Below are positions 24,401-35,218 of a stretch of 64,000 nt of DNA, one piece after another (the first letter of the stretch is position 1; each line of letters starts with the position of its first letter). The stretch is from NCBI GenBank assembly GCA_032718475.1, contig JAUCBJ010006724.1, positions 8,472 to 72,471 of the forward strand. Reading direction: 5' to 3'. The DNA is from Nemertoderma westbladi. Its lineage: Eukaryota > Animalia > Xenacoelomorpha. Below the pieces are notes generated by a model. The model ran no database searches. It worked only from the letters and a program-made list of their open reading frames with translations, and was not told where the DNA came from. The position numbers were made by a program, and so were the translations under genes.

Positions 24401-25267
24401 GACGACACCAACCTGCTCAGTGCCGGCACCAACCACCACGATATCGCCGAATGTCTCTCAGGAACCTTGGCAAGAGTCTCACAATGGTCATCCGATAACC
24501 GACTCCGAATCCACCCGGACAAGTTCGAATTAATGTTATTCGGCACCCATGCGCGACTGACTAACACTGACGACTTCTCGGTAACCTACCAAGGAAAAGA
24601 ATTAATGACATCCGAATCGGTAACCTACCTGGGATACTCGTTAGACGCCACGCTATCTGGCACATCAAACGCCCAAAGGACAATAAAAAAAGGGAACTCG
24701 TGCCTTCGGTTCTTGTACCGCAATCAAGAAGTCCTGGATAAGCCTCTACGCCGCTTGCTGTGCAACTCCCTAATACAACCCCTAATAGACTACGCAGCTC
24801 CATTTTGGTACCTCAGTACCAACAAACGGTACAGACAACAAATTGATGCGCTCCAACGGAAATGCATCAGATTCTGCTTGTCACTTCCAACTCGTACTCA
24901 CTTAGACGCAAGTCATTTCACGGCAATGAACTGGCTACCGATCACTCAACGAACACACCAGCTAATCCTGACTCACGTCTACAACGTCTATAACAAAAAG
25001 GCACCCACATACTTACAGAATTTAATAAACTTTGACCATACGACCAACAGACTACGTAACGGCTTTGCACACGCTATTGTCCCACACAAAAGAACTGCAG
25101 CTGGAACACTATCATTCTCATACCTAGGACCATACCTTTGGAACCAATTACCGAGCGACATAAAAGCATCCACTAACACTGAAACATTCAAACACAAAGT
25201 AAAAGAACACCTAATGAAACACGTTATATCAAACGAATCGTCAATTTTTTACGCTAACACGTCATAA
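21485..25267 (+). pseudogene. LINE ORF2 (APE-RT) with one in-frame TGA at 23369-23371 and a large repeat insert in RT
   Basis: HLNIRSL, LSETWL, GDTN, IDHIF, SDH; RPISLL, DIQKAYDSVD*SILL, GTPQG, YADD, YLG. ORFs 21515 and 23405 are in the same frame. Confidence 0.92.
23590..24388 (+). repeat. In-frame 27/54-bp tandem repeat (ATPAVATLS / ATPAVTTPL) inside RT
   Basis: About 28 diverged 9-codon units between LLFLIYINDF and MKYADD. Confidence 0.95.
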
Positions 25268-25627
25268 ACACTACACTACACACACAACTTCGACAACACC
25301 GAACCGACAGGACCCCCATGAAAACGAGACGCAGTCTCTTGGGGCTATCCTAAACAATAAACTAACTCCCAGTATAAAGGACACTAAGAGAAACAACCGC
25401 ACCTGAAACCTACCGGACCGAACCGCAACTCAGACAAATACAAACGCACTATACACTAATAATACACACACCACACACCATACAGTACCTACCTACACAA
25501 CACTGTCACCGCGATTTGACTCTAATAGCCAATATATACATTTACTTATAAATATATGCAAATATTATGCTATGCACTGTTTGTTTGTTTGTTTGTTGTT
25601 TTTAGACTTTTTACCCTCAGTGGATTG

Positions 25628-25893
25628 TGTGGCAGTTCAAGTATATAAAACACTGGTTCGGTAATTTTCTACAATCCAAAATGTCTATAATCAAAAACTA
25701 AGTAACATATATCAATAATTCTTATACACTCCTAATACTAATACTCATCATAATACTAATATACTTCACCAATATTAAGGCACTAACTCAAAAATGTATA
25801 TAACCAGCTGTTTGCCTTAACCAACCAATATACATTACATATTACACAATGTAGTCCTTCAATAACGTACAGTATACTATGGGGATTGTCACA
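25628..25893 (-). repeat. 3' LTR
   Basis: Identical to 31676-31941; preceded on the minus strand by the PPT tgtcggggag (25894-25903). Confidence 0.95.
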
Positions 25894-26157
25894 CTCCCCG
25901 ACAAAATATGCAAATAGTCTTTCAATTAACGTACAGTATACTATGGGATTTTAACACTCCCCGACAAAATATGCAATTACGACAACTTATACCATTCCAC
26001 CAATAACTGCAATATAGTTACAATAATGACAAAACATAAATGTGACAATGCTGTACAATACAAATCTGTATCAATAATTATATGCAAAAATATCTCACTT
26101 ATAGTTACACAGTCACAGTTACTTATTTGATGCACGACACCAACCCTACAGTTAGGT

Positions 26158-29100
26158 CTAGTTGTCAATTTCTAATGGGATAAGTCCTTGTACAGGTCGA
26201 GTGATAATTATACTGCTGATTTTTTTGCCTATTTTTGCAATTTTTACTTTTACAGATCTGATACTATTATCACGACCATGTAAGAGCTCTACTATAATCC
26301 CTAGCTTCCATAATTGGCGCGGTTTCTTGATCTTAGAAGTAGTTTCATCCAGTAACACCACCTCACCAACCCTCGGCTGACGTGTCTGATATCGGCGAAT
26401 AGAGTAATGCTGTCTAAGAGTTGTCAGATACTCGCGAGCCCAAATGTTCCAGAATTTATCTATCAATTGGTCTTTGTATTTGGTGCGTCGGGTCACATTC
26501 TCAGCATTCAATTCGTCATTAATATTATTACTGCTGATATTATCTGTTTCAGGTCTTTCAGTGAGTCGCTTTCCGATTAATAAATGTGACGGAGTTAGAG
26601 GTTCCAAAATCTCGTCTGAATACACGTAAGTTAGTGGGCGACTGTTAATTACACTCTCAACTTTTATCAATAAGGTATGTAACTCGTCGCTATTCAATAA
26701 TGCGTTTCCTATCGACTTCCTCAATGCTCTCTTCACACTTTGCACTAGTCGCTCCCAGTACCCTCCCCACCAAGGGGCATGTTCACATATAAAGTTCCAT
26801 TTGATATTTAAATTTGCTATATGGGTTTGTGTTTTCTTGGCTGTGAAATTACTTCCATTATCTGAAGTTATTGTTGCTGGATATCCCCTGCGACCAAAGA
26901 ATCTATCTAAACCACGGATAGTAAACTCCGCATCTATACTTTCTTGTAATTCAAAATGTACCGCTCTAGACGAATTACATGTAATCAGAAGAATATGGCA
27001 TTTTTCAATCAGTTCATTATTTCGAACATACATTGGCCCCGCTATATCCACACCGACATCATTAAATGCTAGACTTCCACTCACCCTATCCAGGGGTAAA
27101 CAAGGTGTATCTGGGGGTGTGAATGCTTTTGCTTGTTGTTTGCGACATATAACACATTCATTTAATTGTTTCTTAATAATTTGTCTGGCCTGGGGTATAT
27201 AAAACTTGTTTCTCAGTTGCACAAATGTATCACGAACTCCAGCATGTAATACTTCTGTTTCGTGACATTGTCTAATGATTAACGTCGTCAGATAATGTTT
27301 TTTCGGTAGCAGTATTGGATCTTTCGCTGTTGTGGGCACCTGATATGCCATATCAATGCGGCCTTTGCATCTTATCAAGCCCTCAGCATCTAGGTATAAG
27401 TGAAGTTGATTGATTAAGTTTCTCACATAAGGCTCTTTGTCGCATTTTGTCGTCAATTGTGAAACAACTTCAGGATACATTTCTGCTTGAACTTCCTTTA
27501 AGCATAAAGTGCTTGCTTTGCTTCTTTCCAGAATAGTTAAAACACCTAATTGTTTGGGGGTATCCTTCCCTATCCTTGCCTTCAGATTATTGACAAAACG
27601 GTACATCCATGCCACTACTTGAATCAGCTTATTGTAGCTGCTATAACGAAGTATTATTGAATCATGCACTTCGTTTGAGATAAGTAAGACTGACGGCATT
27701 TCTATTGGGTTCTTCAACTCTTTAAAAGCCTCTTCCTCAATATCTCTTGTCTCTATGTTTTTCGAAGGATAATCTATCACATTTGACACCCATTCGGGAC
27801 CACACCACCAGATATTTCTGGCTGGGGAAGGTTGAATAAGACTATCTGCATATTTTCCTCTAGTTATCAAATCAGCTGGGTTTTCTTCTCCATTACAGTG
27901 ATAATAATGGACATTTGGCAACCGCAATTTGATTCGTTCAATTCTTGAGGATATAAACCTGACCCAATTATTGGGATTTTTAATCCAATGACAAACAATA
28001 GTCGAGTCTGTCCAACATACGATTTTACCTACTTTTGTAACAGATTCAAGTGGTTTAATTGCATGAATTATGACCCGAGATAACATTTCTGCCGACATAA
28101 GTTCTAATCTAGGAATTGTAATTCGTTTGGAGGACAATTTATCTAATGGGACTAATTTTCCTCGGGCCATGATAAGTGATACTTCAACCTTTTCTACTGA
28201 TGAAACCTTTATATACACACATGCTCCCAATGCTTGCCGTGAGGCATCACAAAAGCCATGAATTTCTATCTCTATGTTAGTACCACTAATCAGTTTGTTG
28301 ACAGAATAACATCTGTCTATACGCAATGAATCAAATTTCACAAGGTCATTTATCCACCTTTTATAAGTTCGAATTTCACAAGAATCTAGCTCTTTGTCCC
28401 AATCGCCTTTTGCCTTCTGACTAATCTGACGTAATAATATTTTTATAACAGATACAAATGGAGCGATCCAACCTGCTGGATCGAAAATACGTGCCATAAC
28501 CTTTAGCACTGACCTTCGGATCAACGGCAACGTGAGTGCTGTTGAATATACATCCCGAAAATCAAATAAGTAACAGTCTGAGTTAAGGTCCCATCTAATA
28601 CCAAGCACCTCTGTAACAGCTGAAGGTCTACTCTTATGCGACTCACTACTCGTAACTTTCTTATCTGAACCTTCACAGCAATCAATCATTGCTTGCAGTT
28701 CAACATCATTAGTTTTCCATTTTACCATGTCAAATCCACCCTGTTTAAACATCATTCGTATTAATCGATACCGTTGCATTGCATCATACATATCAAATGC
28801 TCCAGTTGCTAAGTTATCGCTGTAAAGAGAATCTTCTATATCTTTTACTATCTCCGGGTATATATCACTATACTTCCTTAAATGCAACATTATTACAACC
28901 ATCAAAATAGCTTGGCTACTTATTATTCCGAAAGGCAACCTGCAAAAACGATATACAACTTTCGTTGGTGGCTGATTATTAAAATCAGTCCAAATAAATC
29001 TCAACACATCCCTGTCGCATTCATTGACACTGATTTGTAAGTAAGCTTGTGCAATATCTGCAATAAGTGCGACCTTAAAACTTCTAAAACGAATTAATAC

Positions 29101-31605
29101 TTGTAGTATGTATGGCAGCAATACCGGGCCCTTATAGAGACACTCATTTAAGGACAGATGGGCGCTTGATTGTTTCGCTGAAGCATTGTATACAATACGT
29201 AGTTTTGTGGTTTCATTATTTTCTCTAACTACCCCAAAATGAGACAAATAATGTACTGCATTCGTTGTTTGTGAATTGATGTCTACCCTTTCAATGATCC
29301 CATTTTCTAATTGCTCTCGTATTTTATATTGGTATTGTTCTAGTAGTTTGGGTTGTTTTTGCATCTTCTTTAATAGAGTTTCGTACCTACGCTCAGCTAG
29401 GTAATAATTATTAGGCAAATTAGCCTTTTGCGATGAAATCCATGGTAATTTAATTTCGTATCTTCCATTGATCATCTCTGGTTGTTCAATAAAATCTAAG
29501 TTAAAATGTGAATCCGGATTCAAACCGCTTGTGTCCGTTTCATAAAATTTATTTAAAGTTTCTTCCAAACTACATTCGAAAACTGTATCAATTATTTCGT
29601 CATCATCTGCCGATGTAAATAGGGTATGTGTATTCAATATATGGGAATCGCTGACCTTACTTATTTTTATAGGCCCAGCTACAGCACTACCAAACTTAGT
29701 TTCAATAATGGCTGGACCGCATCCAGATTCATTTATGGTTCTATGGCCTTTTGTTAGTTGATATATATAATCGCCTCCGATTAATATATCAACTTCTCTA
29801 CTTTCACCTGCTGGTACATCAGTAAATTGAGATTGGTCGTAATAAGGGATGTCTGAAATGTCCACAGAGATTGGTTCAAGTGGTGCGCATATAGTGTCCG
29901 TAGAAAGAAGTGTGAGATACATCATATGTGATTTATTTAAATCTGATACTGCAACAGTCACAACCTTGTGTTGAGTGGTGCGTCTATCCTTACTGTTGAA
30001 TACGCCAGTTTTTAAAGTTATTTCTTTATCTGATTTCAGATCTAGTTTATGGCTTAATTTGTTGGTAATATAACTTTGTTGCGCCCCGCCATCAAATAAC
30101 ATGCGAGCTGTTATATATTTGTTACTTGTTGGATTGAAAACAAATACTAATACAGTAGCCAGTAGTACAGTATTTTGTGAATTAACAAATATATTAGTCG
30201 TGGCTTGATATATACCATTCTTGATCTCCCCTCTAGGTGGCGTTGGAATTGGATAGTTTTCAACCAACCCAACATTATATCCTGGACCTTGACGCTCATA
30301 ATTTGTTCTATATTTTACATCGGCTTTTCCATAAAATGGCGCAGAAACTCTACTGCACAGAGAAATATGGTGTGGCCTTGAGCAGATGATGCAACTAATT
30401 TTCCTTGCACATTCCTTAGCAATGTGTCCCTCCCCCAAACAAGAAAAACATTTATTTAATTGCTGCAACCGCACAATTCGGCTTTGCATATTATAGAATT
30501 GTTCGCAATCAGTACTGCGATGTGCTTTGTCGCAATACACACAATTATCCGGCCTACGTGTATATCTAGCAACAGCGGGTTTAAATCTTGAATTGCTATT
30601 TTCTAACAATGCCGATGCTGTACCAATTTCACCATTGAAGCTTTTCCAGGCTGCCTGTTTTACATCTGTTTTTTCCTGTTGTTGTGCTGCAATCTCTCTT
30701 GCCTCAACTTCTTCCCTTAATGTTTTTAATACAACGTTTATATCCCAAATTTCGCCCTTCTCAACACGCGAAATTTCTAAAATAATTTCTTCCGGCAATT
30801 TTGACACTAAGATGGCAACAAGCAGGGCCCCATATGTATCACTTGATAGACCAAGTGTCATTAGTCCTCTAATCTGAATATTGACTTCATCATACAATTT
30901 TCTTAAATCGTCCACTTTCATACAGGCTACCTGTAGATTTATTATTCTCTTCATATGGGCGTTAATACGTAGCTGTTTATGTCCAAACCTTGATTGTAAA
31001 ATGTCAATGGCCTCATTGTAATTGGCAGTTGTCAATGCTAAACCACTTACACAGTTTGCGGCAGTTCCAGTCAAAAAGGATTTCAAATAATTAAATTTGT
31101 CAATAACGCTAACTTTTACATTACTATGCACCGCACAGTCAAAACTATCCCACCATTCACCGTATTCTAAATGTCCTCCAGAAAATTCTTTTAACGTTAA
31201 CTTCGGTAATTTAGAACTAATTCCTAAAGTACGTTCATTAGATATGTTACTACAACCGGTAGTTTCCAAACTACGTAACTTATACTCAATAAGTGATATA
31301 GTTTCATTTATAGACAATGTAATTTCTGACTGTTGATCAATTAAGTTTTCAATTTCTTTTTCGTCAACCAAAGTTTCTATGTAGGAGTAAATGTTCGTAA
31401 TTTCAACAGTCTTACCTTTGAGAGTATCTCTAACCGCGTTTAGTTTAGGGATGCCTTCATCTATTGTAGTTATTTGTGTCCCGATGTCATCGATTAAACT
31501 TGCACCTTTCTTTATTAACTTTGTAATGGATGACTTCACACCTCGGAGTTTATTCAAATATCTGCTCAATTCTTCGGCGCCATCGTCATCTTTACCTTTT
31601 ACCAT
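26158..31605 (-). CDS. BEL/Pao Gag-Pol polyprotein (1815 aa)
   Basis: Three Zn knuckles; protease LFDGGAQ; RT ADIAQAY..YSDN; RNase H GFCDAS; integrase GVDIAGP / SDNGSNF / WERLV. Confidence 0.97.
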   Translation of the reverse strand: MVKGKDDDGAEELSRYLNKLRGVKSSITKLIKKGASLIDDIGTQITTIDEGIPKLNAVRDTLKGKTVEITNIYSYIETLVDEKEIENLIDQQSEITLSINETISLIEYKLRSLETTGCSNISNERTLGISSKLPKLTLKEFSGGHLEYGEWWDSFDCAVHSNVKVSVIDKFNYLKSFLTGTAANCVSGLALTTANYNEAIDILQSRFGHKQLRINAHMKRIINLQVACMKVDDLRKLYDEVNIQIRGLMTLGLSSDTYGALLVAILVSKLPEEIILEISRVEKGEIWDINVVLKTLREEVEAREIAAQQQEKTDVKQAAWKSFNGEIGTASALLENSNSRFKPAVARYTRRPDNCVYCDKAHRSTDCEQFYNMQSRIVRLQQLNKCFSCLGEGHIAKECARKISCIICSRPHHISLCSRVSAPFYGKADVKYRTNYERQGPGYNVGLVENYPIPTPPRGEIKNGIYQATTNIFVNSQNTVLLATVLVFVFNPTSNKYITARMLFDGGAQQSYITNKLSHKLDLKSDKEITLKTGVFNSKDRRTTQHKVVTVAVSDLNKSHMMYLTLLSTDTICAPLEPISVDISDIPYYDQSQFTDVPAGESREVDILIGGDYIYQLTKGHRTINESGCGPAIIETKFGSAVAGPIKISKVSDSHILNTHTLFTSADDDEIIDTVFECSLEETLNKFYETDTSGLNPDSHFNLDFIEQPEMINGRYEIKLPWISSQKANLPNNYYLAERRYETLLKKMQKQPKLLEQYQYKIREQLENGIIERVDINSQTTNAVHYLSHFGVVRENNETTKLRIVYNASAKQSSAHLSLNECLYKGPVLLPYILQVLIRFRSFKVALIADIAQAYLQISVNECDRDVLRFIWTDFNNQPPTKVVYRFCRLPFGIISSQAILMVVIMLHLRKYSDIYPEIVKDIEDSLYSDNLATGAFDMYDAMQRYRLIRMMFKQGGFDMVKWKTNDVELQAMIDCCEGSDKKVTSSESHKSRPSAVTEVLGIRWDLNSDCYLFDFRDVYSTALTLPLIRRSVLKVMARIFDPAGWIAPFVSVIKILLRQISQKAKGDWDKELDSCEIRTYKRWINDLVKFDSLRIDRCYSVNKLISGTNIEIEIHGFCDASRQALGACVYIKVSSVEKVEVSLIMARGKLVPLDKLSSKRITIPRLELMSAEMLSRVIIHAIKPLESVTKVGKIVCWTDSTIVCHWIKNPNNWVRFISSRIERIKLRLPNVHYYHCNGEENPADLITRGKYADSLIQPSPARNIWWCGPEWVSNVIDYPSKNIETRDIEEEAFKELKNPIEMPSVLLISNEVHDSIILRYSSYNKLIQVVAWMYRFVNNLKARIGKDTPKQLGVLTILERSKASTLCLKEVQAEMYPEVVSQLTTKCDKEPYVRNLINQLHLYLDAEGLIRCKGRIDMAYQVPTTAKDPILLPKKHYLTTLIIRQCHETEVLHAGVRDTFVQLRNKFYIPQARQIIKKQLNECVICRKQQAKAFTPPDTPCLPLDRVSGSLAFNDVGVDIAGPMYVRNNELIEKCHILLITCNSSRAVHFELQESIDAEFTIRGLDRFFGRRGYPATITSDNGSNFTAKKTQTHIANLNIKWNFICEHAPWWGGYWERLVQSVKRALRKSIGNALLNSDELHTLLIKVESVINSRPLTYVYSDEILEPLTPSHLLIGKRLTERPETDNISSNNINDELNAENVTRRTKYKDQLIDKFWNIWAREYLTTLRQHYSIRRYQTRQPRVGEVVLLDETTSKIKKPRQLWKLGIIVELLHGRDNSIRSVKVKIAKIGKKISSIIITRPVQGLIPLEIDN

Positions 31606-31657
31606 TTTGGCTTATACCCGCAACAACCCACGATAACGACAACAGAAAAAACATCAG

Positions 31658-31675
31658 ATCCGGTTCGAAGGACCA
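31658..31675 (-). promoter_or_regulatory. Primer-binding site (tRNA-Tyr-like)
   Basis: tggtccttcgaaccggat immediately after the 5' LTR; a common BEL/Pao PBS. Confidence 0.85.
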
Positions 31676-31941
31676 TGTGGCAGTTCAAGTATATAAAACA
31701 CTGGTTCGGTAATTTTCTACAATCCAAAATGTCTATAATCAAAAACTAAGTAACATATATCAATAATTCTTATACACTCCTAATACTAATACTCATCATA
31801 ATACTAATATACTTCACCAATATTAAGGCACTAACTCAAAAATGTATATAACCAGCTGTTTGCCTTAACCAACCAATATACATTACATATTACACAATGT
31901 AGTCCTTCAATAACGTACAGTATACTATGGGGATTGTCACA
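31676..31941 (-). repeat. 5' LTR
   Basis: Identical to 25628-25893. Confidence 0.95.
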
Positions 31942-32392
31942 GATTGACCCTATGACATTATGTCTTTTATTTCAATTACCCGTATATTTTACTGTATATT
32001 TTATTGTTAATAAATAATTCCAATTCCAATTCCTACCTTATTATTATTATTTAACAGTGAAATATTAATTAAAATAAAGACACCGGAGAAAAACAAACCA
32101 GGTACACTTACGGTAAAACCAGGTACACTTACGGTAGGTTATATAGAGCATACAAATTTGCAACAGTTTAAAATAAATCTAAAATAGTTCAAAATATCTA
32201 CAAAGTTTTAAAATAGTTTAAAATAAATCTAAAATAGTTCAAAATATCTAAAAATTTATAAAATAGTTTACAATAAAAATAACGTATTAGCAGATAAAAT
32301 TCGACATTTAGTACATAAAACCCACTTAAAAAAAAACATGAAGGACAGACAACATTACAATAACTGGTTATATTATTATTAAAACATATTTA

Positions 32393-35218
32393 TCACATAG
32401 CTCGGTTAAAATAACAAAAAGAAAGTAGATTCAGGCCTTTAATTTTATTAGAGAAAATGCTTTTAGACAATGAGTTAACAATCTCAGCAGGGAGCCAGTT
32501 CCAAATAGGAACAACTCTGTACGCAAATATATTTTTACACATTAACAGTCGAGACTGCCGGTGGTGCAACTTGCGGTCATGTCCTCTCAACCCAGCCCTA
32601 GGAGCCAAGCTGAAGAAGTCAGAAGTATTTAAGTCAACGTCGTTATGATATATAGCAAAGGTCATCTTCAGGTCATAGATTATTCGTCGGACTTCTAATG
32701 GTTGCAACTGTAGGTCAGTAAGGCGATCTAAATAACTTAACGAACAATCTAAATTACAACGTTTAAAAAGGCGGCGTGTAAAATATCGCTGGACACGCTC
32801 AATTAAATCTATACTTCCTAAATGATACGGAGACCACACTGATGTACAGTATTCTAACAAGGGTCGCACATAAGATTTGTAAGCTATAATTAATGCACTA
32901 CGGTTGTTGGTGTGAAAGCACTTAAATATAAGGTTGATCATTTTGAAAGCCTTTGCAGATTGTTCACGACAATAGGTATCAAAAATAAGGTTACTGCACA
33001 TTGTAATACCGAGGTCCCTACAAGATGTTTCTACATTTAATAACTTCCCCCCTAACATATATTGACAATCAGTGCGGTCTGCCGAGCCGATGTGAAGCAC
33101 GCTGCATTTATGTGCTGCAATATGCAGTTGCCAATTGGCAGACCACATTTCCAAATCTAATAAGGCTTTGTTAAGTATTAATCTATCTGAAGTCTGTGCA
33201 TATAGCTTTACATCGTCGGCAAATAGTTTACATGATACACGGCGATCAATGGCATCAGGTAAGTCATTAATAAATATAATAAATAATATTGGGCCTAGAA
33301 CACTTCCTTGAGGTGTTCCAGATACCACGTGACAGACATCGGAGAAACTATTACCAATTAATACTTTTTGACTACGATCTGTTAAAAATGCAGATAACCA
33401 TAACAGTAAATCGCCAGTAATACCGTAACTAGATAGCTTAAACAATAATTTACTATGCACCACAGAATCAAAAGCTTTGGCAAAATCTACATATATTATA
33501 TCACAGCTATGACGTTTATCCAATAAGTTGCACCACTCCGTAACACATTCTAATAATTGAGTACAAGTAGACCGCTTTTTTAAAAACCCATGCTGAGATT
33601 TAGATATTACATTGTGTAAGTATAAATATTCTAACACTGTCTCCTTGATACACATCTCCATAATCTTACATGAAATACAAGTTAACGAAATTGGTCTATA
33701 ATTATATGGATTAGAGGCATCACCTTTCTTATAAACCGGTATAATGTAAGCTGTTAACCATATAGAAGGGAGAGCATGGCTACTAAATGATACTTGAAAT
33801 ATAGTAGCTAAAGGAGCTGCAAGGCACCGTGATAAATTACTAAATAACAAACTGGGGAAGCCATCTGGAGTGCGACTGGATTTACCTTCAATCTTACGTA
33901 AAAAAGTATACACTTTAATTGGGGTAAAATCGACTGAGGACAAAGATACGTGAGCTGGAACACGCCGCTCAAAATTAGGCACAGCACCATCATCAAGTGA
34001 AAAGTTTTCTGAAAAAACACTAGATAAAATTCGAGCCTTATCACAATCATTAACAACTGTTGCACCTTTGTACTTAAATGGAGAAATACCTGATTTCAGG
34101 TTACGTTTGGAATTTATATGTGCAAAAATATTTCCAATATTACCAGAGCTTAGAATTCTATTTTCGCGTATGCAGGCAGCCCGGAAGGTTGCTTGTGATG
34201 TAGCTTTAGCACATTTCTTATATTCCAATCCACCATTGACTGTATGGCGCCGCCGCCATAACAGTTTTTTCTTACGCTGGAGAAGTCTAAGGAACTCTGG
34301 TTGGACTATTTTGTTACGCTTTGCACCAAAAACCTTAAATGGAACAAATTTATCAATCCCTGCACGTAGAGTAGCACTAAAAATATCCCAGAAATCATTT
34401 ACCAGCAAACATGAATTGAAAACAGAGGGCCAGTCTATGTTATCTATATAGTCGGAAAACTTAACATAGTCTGCATTTTTAAAATCATAAAAACCAGTAC
34501 AATCATGAGAATTAAAGTTACGGTCAGCAGATAAAATGCTAAAAACAACAGAATCGTGATCGCTTGTACTAAAAGGGGCCAAAACATTAACATTAGAAAT
34601 AAACATATCTTCAGTAGAAAAAACAAGGTCTAACACATTATTACCACGGGTAGGTTTTAGCTGCAATTGATTTAGACTATTCTCTAGGAAACATTGAGAA
34701 AGCACATTATAGTTATCATTAGAGGGATGGGTTAATTTAACCCAATCATAATCAGGCAGGTTAAAGTCTCCAGTTACCACGCATGGGTAGGTAACTTCAC
34801 AAAGAGAAGATAAACATTGGGAAAGCAATTTGTCAGAGTCAAGGGTTGCTATAGTGCCCGACCGATATGTACAAATAAAGCGACTCGGGGAACTACCCAC
34901 CAAATCCACGGCCACCACTTCTACTGTGTCCTCAAACTGCGGAGGTAATTTAACCTTGACACATTTGATGTCTGTTCGCACAAGAATGGCGACACCACCC
35001 CCCCTAGAGACGCGATCGTTCCGGAATACCATATAATCACCATTACCACTAACCATTTTATCAGTTATTTCGTCTGTTAACCAAGACTCAGTGATACCAA
35101 CAATACCATATCCATTTGATTGTAGAAAGAACTCAAAGTCAGTTAGTTTATTTTTAAGCGACTGAGCATTTATGACGCAGCATTCAGTAAAAGGGTCCTT
35201 AGGTTGCTTTCCTCCGTT
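32393..35218 (-). CDS. CR1 ORF2 endonuclease-reverse transcriptase
   Basis: Frame is open upstream of the ATG at 35056 (CCVINAQSL, GITESWL); GDFN, SDH, YRPISLT, DFAKAFD, PQGSVLGP, LFADD. Confidence 0.95.
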   Translation of the reverse strand, partial: NGGKQPKDPFTECCVINAQSLKNKLTDFEFFLQSNGYGIVGITESWLTDEITDKMVSGNGDYMVFRNDRVSRGGGVAILVRTDIKCVKVKLPPQFEDTVEVVAVDLVGSSPSRFICTYRSGTIATLDSDKLLSQCLSSLCEVTYPCVVTGDFNLPDYDWVKLTHPSNDNYNVLSQCFLENSLNQLQLKPTRGNNVLDLVFSTEDMFISNVNVLAPFSTSDHDSVVFSILSADRNFNSHDCTGFYDFKNADYVKFSDYIDNIDWPSVFNSCLLVNDFWDIFSATLRAGIDKFVPFKVFGAKRNKIVQPEFLRLLQRKKKLLWRRRHTVNGGLEYKKCAKATSQATFRAACIRENRILSSGNIGNIFAHINSKRNLKSGISPFKYKGATVVNDCDKARILSSVFSENFSLDDGAVPNFERRVPAHVSLSSVDFTPIKVYTFLRKIEGKSSRTPDGFPSLLFSNLSRCLAAPLATIFQVSFSSHALPSIWLTAYIIPVYKKGDASNPYNYRPISLTCISCKIMEMCIKETVLEYLYLHNVISKSQHGFLKKRSTCTQLLECVTEWCNLLDKRHSCDIIYVDFAKAFDSVVHSKLLFKLSSYGITGDLLLWLSAFLTDRSQKVLIGNSFSDVCHVVSGTPQGSVLGPILFIIFINDLPDAIDRRVSCKLFADDVKLYAQTSDRLILNKALLDLEMWSANWQLHIAAHKCSVLHIGSADRTDCQYMLGGKLLNVETSCRDLGITMCSNLIFDTYCREQSAKAFKMINLIFKCFHTNNRSALIIAYKSYVRPLLEYCTSVWSPYHLGSIDLIERVQRYFTRRLFKRCNLDCSLSYLDRLTDLQLQPLEVRRIIYDLKMTFAIYHNDVDLNTSDFFSLAPRAGLRGHDRKLHHRQSRLLMCKNIFAYRVVPIWNWLPAEIVNSLSKSIFSNKIKGLNLLSFCYFNRAM

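Larger units (their letters stand above)
21219..25570 (+). mobile_element. L2/CR1-group LINE, 5' end lost at the LTR fragment
   Basis: ORF1 C-terminus, ORF2 EN-RT and an A/C-rich 3' UTR with the gaccccc..cttggggctatcc motif. 3' end approximate. Confidence 0.9.
25628..31941 (-). mobile_element. Intact BEL/Pao LTR retrotransposon (6.3 kb)
   Basis: 266-bp TG..CA LTRs, identical by eye; TSD gattg at 25623-25627 and 31942-31946; PBS, PPT and an uninterrupted gag-pol. Confidence 0.97.

Noticed and set aside
23593-24567. 324-aa antisense Gly/Val/Ala ORF; antifreeze-glycoprotein reading of the sense repeat
   Set aside because: The antisense ORF mirrors the GC-rich repeat. The sense repeat is a 9-mer inside RT, not a secreted (Thr-Ala-Ala)n gene.
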